From an uncultured Candidatus Saccharibacteria bacterium (GTDB lineage: Bacteria > Patescibacteriota > Dojkabacteria > GCA-002793355): DNA of 64,000 nt. Both the position numbers and the translations under genes were made by a program. The notes beneath the pieces were generated by a model, which was given only the letters and a program-made list of their open reading frames with translations, made no database searches and was not told the DNA's origin. Below are positions 29,917-39,988 of the stretch, piece by piece (within the stretch, counting starts at the first letter, position 1; each line of letters opens with the position of its first letter). Where the stretch lies: NCBI GenBank assembly GCA_964525295.1, contig CAZGEO010000001.1, positions 9,671 through 73,670 on the forward strand, read 5' to 3'.

Positions 29917-30872
29917 TTACTTGATTCTCTAATCAGATAGCTCTTTTTATCACCGCTTTCGTAATAGGCACGAAGCATAATTTCTCCTAGAAAACCGAAA
30001 AAGAGGAATTGCATACCAATAAAGAAAGTCATGATACTTATAATGAAAAATGGGTTACCGGTAATGTCTGACATTCCCAAAATTTTCATTAAAATTGTTG
30101 CTACAAAAGAGAGGCCTGAAAGCCCCAAAGAAGCTAAAGTTAATGGAGCAATCATCTGTGTAGGAGTAGTTTTTCGCATCATCAACATTTTAAGATTGAC
30201 GATATCAACAATTACCTTAAACATTCTTCCGAGCCCATATTTTGATTCACCATATTTTCTTGGTGCATACTTCACAACAAGCTCACCAATGTTTGCACCC
30301 AAATCATGGGCGATGTATGCAATAAATCTATGTAACTCACCATATAATTTGATGTTTTTGAACAATCTTGCGGTAGCAAGCTTTACGGAACATCCAGCAT
30401 CGTGCAAATGATGTGCCCTAAATGCTTTTCTAATAACCCAGTTCGCAATGAGTGATGGCATTCGTCGAGATTTTGATTCTTGCCAACGTTCTTTTCGCCA
30501 TCCAACCATCATGTCGTATTTACCGGTCTTTACAATCTCATACATTTTTACGAGATCTTCTGGAAAGTTTTGCAAGTCTCCATCTAATGTTGCAATATAA
30601 TTGCCAGTAGCTAGGTCTAAACCTGCTGCGAGAGCAGTACTTCGACCACTAGTTCTCATGAGAGAGATAAATTTTTGCGCTGGATTTTTCGCATTGACTT
30701 CTCGCAAAACCTGTCTTGAATTATCTTTTGAATTATCATCAACCCAAATAACTTCGTACGGAATACCTGCGAATGCAGTATCAATTAAACTCGCTAATTC
30801 GGGAATACTTTCACTTTCGTTCAAAACGGGGATCACTATCGACACTTCAACTTTGCTAATAGTTTTTTTCAT
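29913..30872 (-). CDS. Polyprenol-phosphate glycosyltransferase (GT2, GtrB/ArnC/Dpm1-like)
   Basis: VSIVIPVLNE, WVDDNSKDNS and ATLDGDLQN motifs plus two C-terminal TM helices, which is the GtrB architecture. Confidence 0.8.
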   Translation of the reverse strand: MKKTISKVEVSIVIPVLNESESIPELASLIDTAFAGIPYEVIWVDDNSKDNSRQVLREVNAKNPAQKFISLMRTSGRSTALAAGLDLATGNYIATLDGDLQNFPEDLVKMYEIVKTGKYDMMVGWRKERWQESKSRRMPSLIANWVIRKAFRAHHLHDAGCSVKLATARLFKNIKLYGELHRFIAYIAHDLGANIGELVVKYAPRKYGESKYGLGRMFKVIVDIVNLKMLMMRKTTPTQMIAPLTLASLGLSGLSFVATILMKILGMSDITGNPFFIISIMTFFIGMQFLFFGFLGEIMLRAYYESGDKKSYLIRESSK

Positions 30873-30924
30873 GGATTATTATAACACTATCTTATAGTAT
30901 TTTCAACTTCACTTGTGTCTAGTT

Positions 30925-31620
30925 TTACGTGGCAAACTTAGCAATTAACCTCTTTACCGCACCAACAGCACTCTCTAAGCCACTTTTTCCTTTTTCTACC
31001 GTTTTTGAAGGGTTTTTAACAATAAAATGTGCATCTTGAGGTGCTCGAATAATTTTCTCACGAGATTCTTGTAAACGCTTTGTTGGATTATCACGATCGC
31101 CAGATAAAATTCGCTTTTCCATTTCTTCTAGGGAATCTGGCACTATCATAATAGTTAGTACATTACACAAGCTCTCCAATGCTTTCTCCATAAATCTTGC
31201 GCCATTATTTTCTGCGCAATAAAGTGGAATCTTACGAGAAATTATTGCTCGTTTTACTGATTCATAAGGAGTTCCATACAAATTTCCATAGTGAAAATTA
31301 TGCTCCAGCAAATTGTATTGTCGAATAGCAGACCTAATATAAGAGTTTGTTGGTTCACCGGTTTTTTGCTGTCGCATCCATAAGTAATCTTTGTCTGATT
31401 CACCTTTACGGGGATTACGACTTGTTGCAGTTCTTACGTAGTGAAATTTTCCTGTTCTTAATAAAATATCTTTAATTGTATCTTTGCCGGCACCAGATGG
31501 CCCAATAATATTCACCCACAAAAGTTTACCTGGATTAACAACGAATTGCTTACCTTGAAACACTAATGGTGAAATATCAGTTTGTCTTGAAGACGAAAAA
31601 ATTTGGGGCAGTATTTCCAT
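30925..31620 (-). CDS. gmk: Guanylate kinase-like protein with N-terminal extension
   Basis: P-loop GPSGAGKDT and TSRNPRKGE resemble the guanylate-kinase GPSGVGK / TTRxPRxGE motifs. There is an extra N-terminal extension of about 35 aa. Confidence 0.6.
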   Translation of the reverse strand: MEILPQIFSSSRQTDISPLVFQGKQFVVNPGKLLWVNIIGPSGAGKDTIKDILLRTGKFHYVRTATSRNPRKGESDKDYLWMRQQKTGEPTNSYIRSAIRQYNLLEHNFHYGNLYGTPYESVKRAIISRKIPLYCAENNGARFMEKALESLCNVLTIMIVPDSLEEMEKRILSGDRDNPTKRLQESREKIIRAPQDAHFIVKNPSKTVEKGKSGLESAVGAVKRLIAKFAT

Positions 31621-31823
31621 AGGTAATCTTATCAGATTAATTACAAATTTTTAATTATCAATACTCAATTCTAAACCAAACTTTTTCCTACAAATTACAC
31701 TATTTTCCCGAATTGATAATTGAACATTACCAATTGACAATTGCCTTAGACTACAGCTTACCAACGTAAAATTGGGCAATACTTGCATTTTCTTCATTTA
31801 CTATATACAATCAAATCGTAACT

Positions 31824-32627
31824 ATGGCAAACCTTGATGAGTTTCTAACAGATTTAACACAAACAACAATCCCTACGCTTGATACTGAAGCAAAATCTCA
31901 ATTTGGCCCTTTCAAAACTTCAATTTTACCTATTCCTCATAGCATACCACTTTCTTTTAACACTCAAATTTCTATTGAAGAACCTACACAAACAACTAGA
32001 ATGCTCCTCGGTTTAATGAAGAGAAGAAATGAATTCCTATATCTGCAGGCGATAGATCATGCTGCTCATACGGTGAATTTTGCAACAATGATTGGTCTTT
32101 CAATCCGTGAAATTAATCTATTGTATACTCAAGCACTTCTTCAGGGAATTGGAAAAGCATTTTTCTTGAATCTTGCAATGGCACCAAGATCATTAACAGC
32201 AGATGAAAATAAAGATTTGCAAAAACATTCAATACTCTCGTTCTTAATTCTGCGAAAATTCGATTATCCTGAAATTCTTGCTTATGGAGCTCTATACCAC
32301 CACGTTTCTTACAGTAAAGCACTTGGATATCCTGATCCTGAAGGTGACATTCAAGATGCAGTAGAGAAAGTCGCACAAGAATATGGCTTTTCAAAATTCG
32401 TTCCCAACGTTGTATTACCAACAGCAATTCCACATAAACATTGGCAACTGTACAGTATTGTTTACCTAACCAACGCACTTTCTGCTGCTATTGATTTTAC
32501 TAAATCGTATAAAAAGCCTCTAGAATTATCAGAAGTAGCGCATGACTTTGAAAGCTACTGGACTGAGTGGTACAACCCAGATTTACGAGAAAAGTTTCAT
32601 CAATACGTTGATTGGCTGAGGAAATAA
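31824..32627 (+). CDS. HD-GYP-like domain protein with degenerate HD motif
   Basis: HAAHTVNFATMIGL matches the first His motif. LLQGIGK sits where LHDIGK is expected (HD replaced by QG). YHHVSYSKALGYPD matches HHE..DG.GYP. Confidence 0.45.
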   Translation: MANLDEFLTDLTQTTIPTLDTEAKSQFGPFKTSILPIPHSIPLSFNTQISIEEPTQTTRMLLGLMKRRNEFLYLQAIDHAAHTVNFATMIGLSIREINLLYTQALLQGIGKAFFLNLAMAPRSLTADENKDLQKHSILSFLILRKFDYPEILAYGALYHHVSYSKALGYPDPEGDIQDAVEKVAQEYGFSKFVPNVVLPTAIPHKHWQLYSIVYLTNALSAAIDFTKSYKKPLELSEVAHDFESYWTEWYNPDLREKFHQYVDWLRK

Positions 32628-32637
32628 ATATTAATTT

Positions 32638-32847
32638 TCAATTATCAATATTCAATTTCTTCGATGCCGTTTTAATTGATGATTGGAGTATTTTGATAAT
32701 CTGTTTTAAAACGCAATAAAAGTCAACGTATTCTTCGTTTGTTATTAGTTGCAAATCTCGAATTAAACTCAACCATGTTTCTGATTCGTAGGCTTCTTTT
32801 CTAGCTATCGCCAATTCATAAAGTCTTGAGTCACTATGCTTCATCAA
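32638..32847 (-). CDS. Small hypothetical protein
   Basis: 69-aa ORF in a gap. Coding status is uncertain. Confidence 0.25.
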   Translation of the reverse strand: MMKHSDSRLYELAIARKEAYESETWLSLIRDLQLITNEEYVDFYCVLKQIIKILQSSIKTASKKLNIDN

Positions 32848-32929
32848 TCAGAATAGCAGCACAATTATGATTAACAAAACTCAATCATTCAATTATTCAT
32901 TGAAAATTGATAATTAGTAATTAGTAATG

Positions 32930-34819
32930 CTATGCATTATTATGTGCTGCATCTGCCTCAATATTTCGCTCTTTTCGCCTTTGCACGTCACGTTGAGTCT
33001 TACCCAAAAGAATCTTTCTCAAACGCAAATTCTTTGGCGTAACTTCTAACATTTCGTCTTTTGCTAAGAATGCTAAGGCAAATTCAATTGACAATTGTAC
33101 GGGTGGTTTCAACTTGATACCTGCATCAGCTGTAGCTGAGCGGATGTTTGTTGCGTGCTTCGCTCGTACTGCGTTAACTTCGATATCATCTTGGAATTTG
33201 TTAATGCCAACGATCATACCTTCATACACCTTATCTGCTGGTTTGATGAATAAATCTCCACGTTCTTGCACCATATCTAGGGCGTAACTGGTTGCCTCAC
33301 CAGTTTCTGTAGCGATTAAAACACCTTTTCTAAACAATTCTGCCTGTTTTGTAAAAGGAACATACTCTGCGAGATAGTTAGCAAGAATTACATTACCTTT
33401 TGTGGCTGTTAAGAGTGCCGTTCGCAAACCTAACAGGTTTCTAGTTAGAATTCTATACACAAACTTTGTTTGACCGTTTTCAGTATCCATCGAAATCAAT
33501 TCAGCTTTTCGCTTGCTCACGATTTGCGTAACTTCACCTGCGTATTCTTCTGGAACGTCAACATACAAATCTTCAAGTGGCTCACTCATTACACCATCGA
33601 TTTCTTGCAAAACAACCTCTGGTCGGCGAACTTGGAATTCATATCCTTCTCGACGAAGAGTTTCAATTAAAATTGAAAGTTGCAATTCTCCTCGACCTGC
33701 AACTGAACAACGACCTTCATCGATTTTTTTAATAGTTAAACCAACATTAGTTTCTTTTTCGTAATCAAGTCTTTGCTGTAAAAGTTTCATTGTAACGAAT
33801 TTTCCTTCTTTTCCAGCGTATGGTGAAGTGTTAGCTTCAAAAGTAATCTGAACTGATGGGTTAGAAATACGAATGCCTGGCAACTTTTCTTCGAGTTTTG
33901 GCGAACAAATGGTTCCACCCATTGCACTCACGTCAATTCCTGACATTGAGACAATTTCACCGGCACCTGCTGAATCAATATCCTTGAATTCAAGACCGAT
34001 ACGGGTTTGTAACTTTTCAACTTTGCCAGTATATCTTTCTGTTTCTCCTTTATTATTCTCTAATAAGAGAACGATTGGATCACCTTTTTTTACCGTTCCT
34101 CTACGAATTTTTCCAATTAATGAACGACCTACATGCAAATCGTAATCCATTGCACCAACTTGCATCAAAAATGGTTCATTAATATCACCTTTTGGTGCTG
34201 GAATAATCTCAACTATCTTCTCTAATAATGGTTGAATATCACCAGGAAGTTTTGCCCAAGTTGTTGGATCACCTTCAGGAATTTCATTCCAAATTTTACC
34301 TTCACGGCCAATTGCATAGAGAGTAGGGAAGTCTAATTGCTCTTCGTTTGTTGCAAGCATGAGGAATAAATCTGTCGCTTTATCAAGTGCGTAAGCTGGA
34401 TCAGCATGAGCTTTATCAATTTTGTTAATAATAAGAATTGGCTTCAAATTCAATTCAAAAGCTTTTTTCAAGACGAATCGAGTTTGTGGCATTGGGCCTT
34501 CTTGTGCGTCAATAAGCAAAATGACACCATCTGCCATCGTTAAAGTTCTTTCTACTTCACCACCAAAATCTGCGTGCCCTGGGGTATCAATAATATTGAT
34601 TTTGTAATCTTGAAATGGAATTGAGATATTTTTTGCAAGAATGGTAATTCCTTTTTCACGCTCAAGTTCATTAAAGTCGAGTATCAAATTTTCAGACATC
34701 TCTTTTTGATTATCTCTAAAAAGATGTGATTGTTTCATTAATGCGTCAACAAGAGAAGTCTTCCCGTGGTCAACGTGCGCAATAATTGCGACATTTCGAA
34801 TTTTTTGCTGGTCAGTCAT
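32930..34819 (-). CDS. typA: Translational GTPase TypA/BipA
   Basis: G-domain motifs AHVDHGKTS and DTPGHADF, with the full TypA domain architecture (629 aa). Confidence 0.92.
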   Translation of the reverse strand: MTDQQKIRNVAIIAHVDHGKTSLVDALMKQSHLFRDNQKEMSENLILDFNELEREKGITILAKNISIPFQDYKINIIDTPGHADFGGEVERTLTMADGVILLIDAQEGPMPQTRFVLKKAFELNLKPILIINKIDKAHADPAYALDKATDLFLMLATNEEQLDFPTLYAIGREGKIWNEIPEGDPTTWAKLPGDIQPLLEKIVEIIPAPKGDINEPFLMQVGAMDYDLHVGRSLIGKIRRGTVKKGDPIVLLLENNKGETERYTGKVEKLQTRIGLEFKDIDSAGAGEIVSMSGIDVSAMGGTICSPKLEEKLPGIRISNPSVQITFEANTSPYAGKEGKFVTMKLLQQRLDYEKETNVGLTIKKIDEGRCSVAGRGELQLSILIETLRREGYEFQVRRPEVVLQEIDGVMSEPLEDLYVDVPEEYAGEVTQIVSKRKAELISMDTENGQTKFVYRILTRNLLGLRTALLTATKGNVILANYLAEYVPFTKQAELFRKGVLIATETGEATSYALDMVQERGDLFIKPADKVYEGMIVGINKFQDDIEVNAVRAKHATNIRSATADAGIKLKPPVQLSIEFALAFLAKDEMLEVTPKNLRLRKILLGKTQRDVQRRKERNIEADAAHNNA

Positions 34820-34865
34820 AGCAAGCGAATTATAACATAAGTAGAGATTGATTTCACGTTAAGAG

Positions 34866-35906
34866 CTACAATTTCAGCATGTATCCAAGTTTACGACGGG
34901 AAACTAACTGAATCGAGTCATCATTAAGTTTTTTCAATTTTGTTTTGATCGTTGACAGAAGCTTGGGTATATATGTGAATGAATATTTGCTATCAAAGTC
35001 ATTGCCCCAGATTTTCTTACCAATTTCATGAGAAGAAACAAATAAATTACGCCTCACTATCAGTAGTTGCATAACCAACTCTTCCTGAGGAGAAAATTGA
35101 TAGCAAAGTTCTTCTTTGTAATGTATCCGTCCTCCAATTAAATTCAAAACAGGTTTTAACACCACTCCTAGCGAATCGAGATACATTTGTGAATCATTCA
35201 AATCTTTATCGTTTTTTTGCGGTCGTGGAGATAATTCGTCATCAAGTTTCAATTCATGCACGCCAAAATTCAATAGAAAATCTGCTATTGAAAGAACCTT
35301 ATCCCACCCTCCCGAAACTGCGAAAGTTTCTTCGTTTGATATTCCTTGCGGATACAACAATTGCCTGAGGTATATCTGAAATATCATTTTTGCAATTGTA
35401 GATACAGGCGCATCAACTCGATAAATGAGTGAAATACTACCATCGGTACTGAAATAGTAACTACCATCAGTACCAAAATTAGTCAGCATTAATGTAACTT
35501 TTGAAAAGATATTTCTAGGAATACTAAACCGACTCTCTAGATAACCATATGTCATCTGAATATATTTCTGCAATTTACTTTCTAAAGCCACCTGTGTTGA
35601 TAGTGGTAACAATGAATTTGTAATAAAATTTTTATCTTTTACTGTAAAATACTTCGAGAATTGCATAAACTTACTTTCAGAAATTAACGCATCAAATTCT
35701 GAGATTTTTATTTTCTGCCAAAACTCGTGAGAAGCAAACGCATCCATATATGGAAGATATGTATAATTTTCAAACGCCTTGACCTCACGAAAAAGTGGAA
35801 ACTTTTGGAGCACAGATGGAGAGACTGCTATCGTGTTTGCCGTGTAAATAATACGCCACAATTCCGACTCTAGGTTATTTAGCGATTTTATATCGACGGT
35901 AATCAT
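34866..35906 (-). CDS. One-component regulator: unrecognised N-terminal domain plus OmpR/PhoB-type winged-helix DNA-binding domain
   Basis: C-terminal FSPQEELVMQLLIVRRNLFVSSHEIGKKIWGNDFDSKYSFTYIPKLLSTIKTKL...RRKLGYML matches trans_reg_C. No receiver-domain residues are present at the N-terminus. Confidence 0.55.
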   Translation of the reverse strand: MITVDIKSLNNLESELWRIIYTANTIAVSPSVLQKFPLFREVKAFENYTYLPYMDAFASHEFWQKIKISEFDALISESKFMQFSKYFTVKDKNFITNSLLPLSTQVALESKLQKYIQMTYGYLESRFSIPRNIFSKVTLMLTNFGTDGSYYFSTDGSISLIYRVDAPVSTIAKMIFQIYLRQLLYPQGISNEETFAVSGGWDKVLSIADFLLNFGVHELKLDDELSPRPQKNDKDLNDSQMYLDSLGVVLKPVLNLIGGRIHYKEELCYQFSPQEELVMQLLIVRRNLFVSSHEIGKKIWGNDFDSKYSFTYIPKLLSTIKTKLKKLNDDSIQLVSRRKLGYMLKL

Positions 35907-35967
35907 TTGGTAACGCTTACGTTTCTATTATAGGGTATTGTAACAAATCTAATATTAATAAAACAAC

Positions 35968-36762
35968 ATGAGTCTTAATTCAAATGATATTTTCGCTGCA
36001 AGTACCCCTCAGAATATCCGCAATACTGAAATATCCGAAAATACAGTTGCACTGATATCTGCTACCTGGAGTTTAATGCTCGAAGCAATATTGACTATCG
36101 AAGAATATCAAACAATGCTTAAACAAAAAGTACAGGAAGAAGGAATTGGAATATCACCTACAGAAGACAACAGCTTTAGTATGGGCAAAAAAATAACTCT
36201 CAATAATGAAACAAACATCATAGCAAAAGTAACAACTAGCAGCACCCAACGTGTACCGGAATTTGAAGTTGCAGTTAACAAAACAATCCCTGGTCAAGGA
36301 AAGCGACCAAACACTATTTCGTTAATTAGTAAATTTGGAGCCCCCAATGAATCATATACTCCAATAAGCCCACTCCTCCTTCCGAACGATAATTCAGCAA
36401 AGATTTTGATTAATAATGGATCTAAAGCTTTTTCCCGTGACGAAATATCTTTGCCAAATGGCGAAACTACTCTTTTTTGGAAAGAAAGTGATAAACGCAA
36501 TCGTCTATCGCAATACATTTCCATACAAATTAATGATTGCGAGGAGGGCACGACATTATGCATTCGTCTTACGCCCGAAAAGGTCGGAACTTCGGAATTT
36601 ATTACGGCTGAACTCGATGGTCAACCTGCTGATATCAATCTATTGCATAAGTATTTGCCAATGGCGTTCAATGTAAAACTTCGCGGCAACAATTCGGAAA
36701 TCGAACATACATCTATCTACGAGCGGTTACGCCACATTATCTCAACCGGAGAATCACTTTAA
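35968..36762 (+). CDS. Hypothetical protein
   Basis: 264-aa ORF transcribed divergently from the wHTH regulator gene. Confidence 0.4.
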   Translation: MSLNSNDIFAASTPQNIRNTEISENTVALISATWSLMLEAILTIEEYQTMLKQKVQEEGIGISPTEDNSFSMGKKITLNNETNIIAKVTTSSTQRVPEFEVAVNKTIPGQGKRPNTISLISKFGAPNESYTPISPLLLPNDNSAKILINNGSKAFSRDEISLPNGETTLFWKESDKRNRLSQYISIQINDCEEGTTLCIRLTPEKVGTSEFITAELDGQPADINLLHKYLPMAFNVKLRGNNSEIEHTSIYERLRHIISTGESL

Positions 36763-36830
36763 TATCTATCGCTAAAGCACTAACTACATAGGAAGTTTGA
36801 CAATTTTCACAAAACTTACTACATTCTATA

Positions 36831-37868
36831 ATGAAGAATTTTCGCACAAAAGGTCAGGCATTAGCATTGGTACTCATTATCGTTGTAGTAGCGGTAATAA
36901 TTGGGTACGCAATTACAACGAGAGTCATTGAAGACGTCAGGCAACAAAGCGAAGAAAGAGCTTCAACTCGCGCAGAAACAATTGCAGAATCTGCAGTAGA
37001 AAACTTAACACAGAAATTACAGACAGGAGAACTTCGTCCCGGTGTTGAGGGAGCAGTTTCAGCATTTGGAATAAGTAACCAAGCACCAAGTGGTATTCAA
37101 ACGGTTTCAAATCTAGGTCTTTGCGATCCGCAATCAACCGATATCAGCAAACAATGTGATGCCAATAGTGTAGCAAAGGTTAGTTACTTCAACATGATCG
37201 TACAATTCAAACTATTTTCTAACGAAAATATCGAAGTGCAGTTAACTGATGCAGCCTCCACAGTACCAAAAACTGGCACAGAAGGAGCGATCATTATTCA
37301 TGCAAACAAAAGTGCAACTAACGATTCCTTTAAACTTGACCAAAGCTCAATAATGATTAAAGCGCTCAAGCGTGTAATGGTAGATGGCAAAGCTCAAGTA
37401 CAAGTTGTAGGTGAATGCGTCTGGAATCTTAATGCTGCAACAGCGCCAGCAGGAACCTGTATTCCAAACAACACGTTATCAATGGCATTGGTTACCTGTC
37501 CATCAGTAGCAGTTGATACCGATCAAAATGAAACAACACCTGCTTCTCAAAAAGTACTTGGAACAAACTGTCTTTCAATTCAACCTACAGCAGGGAATGG
37601 TGTATCTTTCTATAGAATCAAGCCACTTCTCCAAGGTGGCGCAGCAGGTCAAAATTCATATGTTGATATTAGCGCGACTGGATTAACTATTAGTAAACTT
37701 CCAGTTCCTCAAATGGCACTTATTAACGCAGGAGTTTATTCGGGTACAGTTGGTAGTTCTCAACAAGTTTTTCAGCAAAGCACTCGCTTAGTTCTATTGA
37801 ATAAATCTGTTCCAGAAATTGCCGACTACGCACTATACAATGGCGCGGAAGCACCAATTAGCAAGTAA
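36831..37868 (+). CDS. Hypothetical membrane-anchored extracellular protein
   Basis: N-terminal TM (ALALVLIIVVVAVIIGYAI) followed by a Ser/Thr/Ala-rich domain of about 310 aa. Confidence 0.45.
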   Translation: MKNFRTKGQALALVLIIVVVAVIIGYAITTRVIEDVRQQSEERASTRAETIAESAVENLTQKLQTGELRPGVEGAVSAFGISNQAPSGIQTVSNLGLCDPQSTDISKQCDANSVAKVSYFNMIVQFKLFSNENIEVQLTDAASTVPKTGTEGAIIIHANKSATNDSFKLDQSSIMIKALKRVMVDGKAQVQVVGECVWNLNAATAPAGTCIPNNTLSMALVTCPSVAVDTDQNETTPASQKVLGTNCLSIQPTAGNGVSFYRIKPLLQGGAAGQNSYVDISATGLTISKLPVPQMALINAGVYSGTVGSSQQVFQQSTRLVLLNKSVPEIADYALYNGAEAPISK

Positions 37869-38232
37869 AAAAGCATAAGGATTTGGAAACAGGCGACTAA
37901 ACAATGTGGCAGAAAACTGCAACATTCATAGTCATTCCCGACCTGTTTCAGCGGAGTTAGCTTCCAGAAATAATCCACACAACGATACAGACAGTAACGC
38001 ATCCCATTGTTGAGATAATGAATACTGTAGTAAAGGTGCGAATTTTTTTTGGAATTAGTTTCTCCAAAGGATTCATCTTTGAATCCTCCTTTCTGGCTTA
38101 TGCCAAAAGTTTTCAAGTTCTTTCGAACATTGACAAAGAATTATATCCTATAGTTAACTGTCCTGTCAAGATGAATTGCTTTGAGAACACTGATTTCACC
38201 GGACTATTTCAGAGTTAGAATACCACGCCCAC

Positions 38233-39117
38233 TCACCGAATATTATGCTTTACAATAAATGCAACAGCCATCCAAACCAATGCACTTAAGATTCCGATTG
38301 CGCCTCCAATAAATGGATGATAGCTCGTTAATATCAATATAAAAACTCCAGCAAACGCATTAAACATTCCATGTAGCGCACCTGCAAAAAGCACATTCTT
38401 TGTTTTATCGGCAATTACGCCAAAGGCAAACGAGAACCCGATGCAAAAAAGAATAAACGCAAAAACGCCTGGAATAGCTAGTGAAGTACCATAATTATAT
38501 CCCTGAATAATAATTGGCGCATGCCATATCCCCCAAATCGCACCAATAAGAAGATTTCGCTTAACAAACGGTAAATGCGCGAATTCCTGCATTAGATATC
38601 CTCTCCATGAAATCTCTTCACCTAACGCAAAGAGAAGATTTATAGTGAATCCTGCAATAATTGCTGAAACGAAAGACATTATGACTAGAAAAATTGGCCC
38701 AAATGGAACATTAGCGCTTCCTCCCGAGCTACCGTTCAACGACGAAATATGACGTGCCAGTGATTCTGTGTCTGTAATTAACGTACCAAAATATGAAGGA
38801 AATATTTTACCAAGCAAAAACGTTACTCCTAGAAGTAAAATTGCCCATGTAATGAACATTCCAATTGTAAGAAAGAAATTCTTAAGCGTTAAGCCTGATT
38901 TATCAAAAAATTTGTTAACTGCATATGATTCCTTCGACAATGATTGATTAATCATGTATGCATACAAAGGCGCAGGCATGTACATAAATGCCAAAATCAT
39001 TCCCATAATTCCACCTTTCATTGGATCGGCAGGTAAAGTACTTATGTAGTAATAAAAAGTGGCTGCAAGAATTGTAATAATTGCTAAAATTATGAAATAT
39101 CGTGTAATTTTCTTCAT
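38233..39117 (-). CDS. CPBP-family intramembrane glutamic endopeptidase (CAAX protease / Abi)
   Basis: Motifs EEISWRGYL (EExxxR), FALGEE and IWGIWH within a polytopic membrane protein. The start was moved to the internal MKKITRY. Confidence 0.75.
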   Translation of the reverse strand: MKKITRYFIILAIITILAATFYYYISTLPADPMKGGIMGMILAFMYMPAPLYAYMINQSLSKESYAVNKFFDKSGLTLKNFFLTIGMFITWAILLLGVTFLLGKIFPSYFGTLITDTESLARHISSLNGSSGGSANVPFGPIFLVIMSFVSAIIAGFTINLLFALGEEISWRGYLMQEFAHLPFVKRNLLIGAIWGIWHAPIIIQGYNYGTSLAIPGVFAFILFCIGFSFAFGVIADKTKNVLFAGALHGMFNAFAGVFILILTSYHPFIGGAIGILSALVWMAVAFIVKHNIR

Positions 39118-39190
39118 AGTAGAGAATAATGTTTTTTCGCATTTTTTGCAAGGAACTGCTATAATTACGTATAAAACGTGAGTCAATTAA

Positions 39191-39505
39191 ATGAATTCCG
39201 AAACGCCACAACCGAAAAAGCCTTTTCCATACCGTTGGTTACTCATATTTTTTGGATTTTCAATACTTTCTGATATTGCCAAACCTGTTTACAAACTTGT
39301 AAAGAATAGTGGGTTTATGTACACAGATCAATTGTTCTATGGCATTCTTATTGCAATTGTTGTCGTATTGCTGATTTTCAAAATTCGTAAGCGTATTCAG
39401 TTGGCGAAACAAGAAAAGCTCATAAATATGATTGATCAAGCGATTTACGAAGAATCAAAAGCTGGGCAAGAAGAAAAAGCAGCAAAAGGAAGGAGCGTGG
39501 AGTAA
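39191..39505 (+). CDS. Small membrane protein
   Basis: 104 aa with two TM helices. Confidence 0.4.
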   Translation: MNSETPQPKKPFPYRWLLIFFGFSILSDIAKPVYKLVKNSGFMYTDQLFYGILIAIVVVLLIFKIRKRIQLAKQEKLINMIDQAIYEESKAGQEEKAAKGRSVE

Positions 39506-39522
39506 GTTGTTCCCTATAGAAA

Positions 39523-39963
39523 ATGCAAGATACTGGTGGCCTTCAAAATACAATAAAAATTAGTGTTGGAATCCTTGTATTCAAGGATGAATCTATACTT
39601 TTTGGCAGATCACGAGACTCAACTGGAGTAATCAAATATTGTCTTCCAGTTGGACATCTAGAATTTCTTGAATCATTTACTGACTGTGCCAAGAGAGAAA
39701 TTCTCGAAGAATGTGGAATAGAGATAGAGAATATTAGATTTCAATTCCTCTCAAATACCAAACATTATAAGCCAAAACACTACGTCCATATCGGATTAAT
39801 AGCGAATTGGAAATCAGGCGAACCGCAAGTCTTAGAGAAGGGAAGTATCGAAGCTTGGGAATGGCGAACTAGAAATGACCTGCCTGAATCTCTTACAACA
39901 GGTGCAAAACTTACACTCAACGCGCTAGATGAGAAACGATTGATGTACGAAGACTTAAGCTGA
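39523..39963 (+). CDS. NUDIX hydrolase
   Basis: Nudix box GHLEFLESFTDCAKREILEECGIE. Confidence 0.75.
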   Translation: MQDTGGLQNTIKISVGILVFKDESILFGRSRDSTGVIKYCLPVGHLEFLESFTDCAKREILEECGIEIENIRFQFLSNTKHYKPKHYVHIGLIANWKSGEPQVLEKGSIEAWEWRTRNDLPESLTTGAKLTLNALDEKRLMYEDLS

Positions 39964-39988
39964 AATCACCCAAAAATCAATTGAAGAA

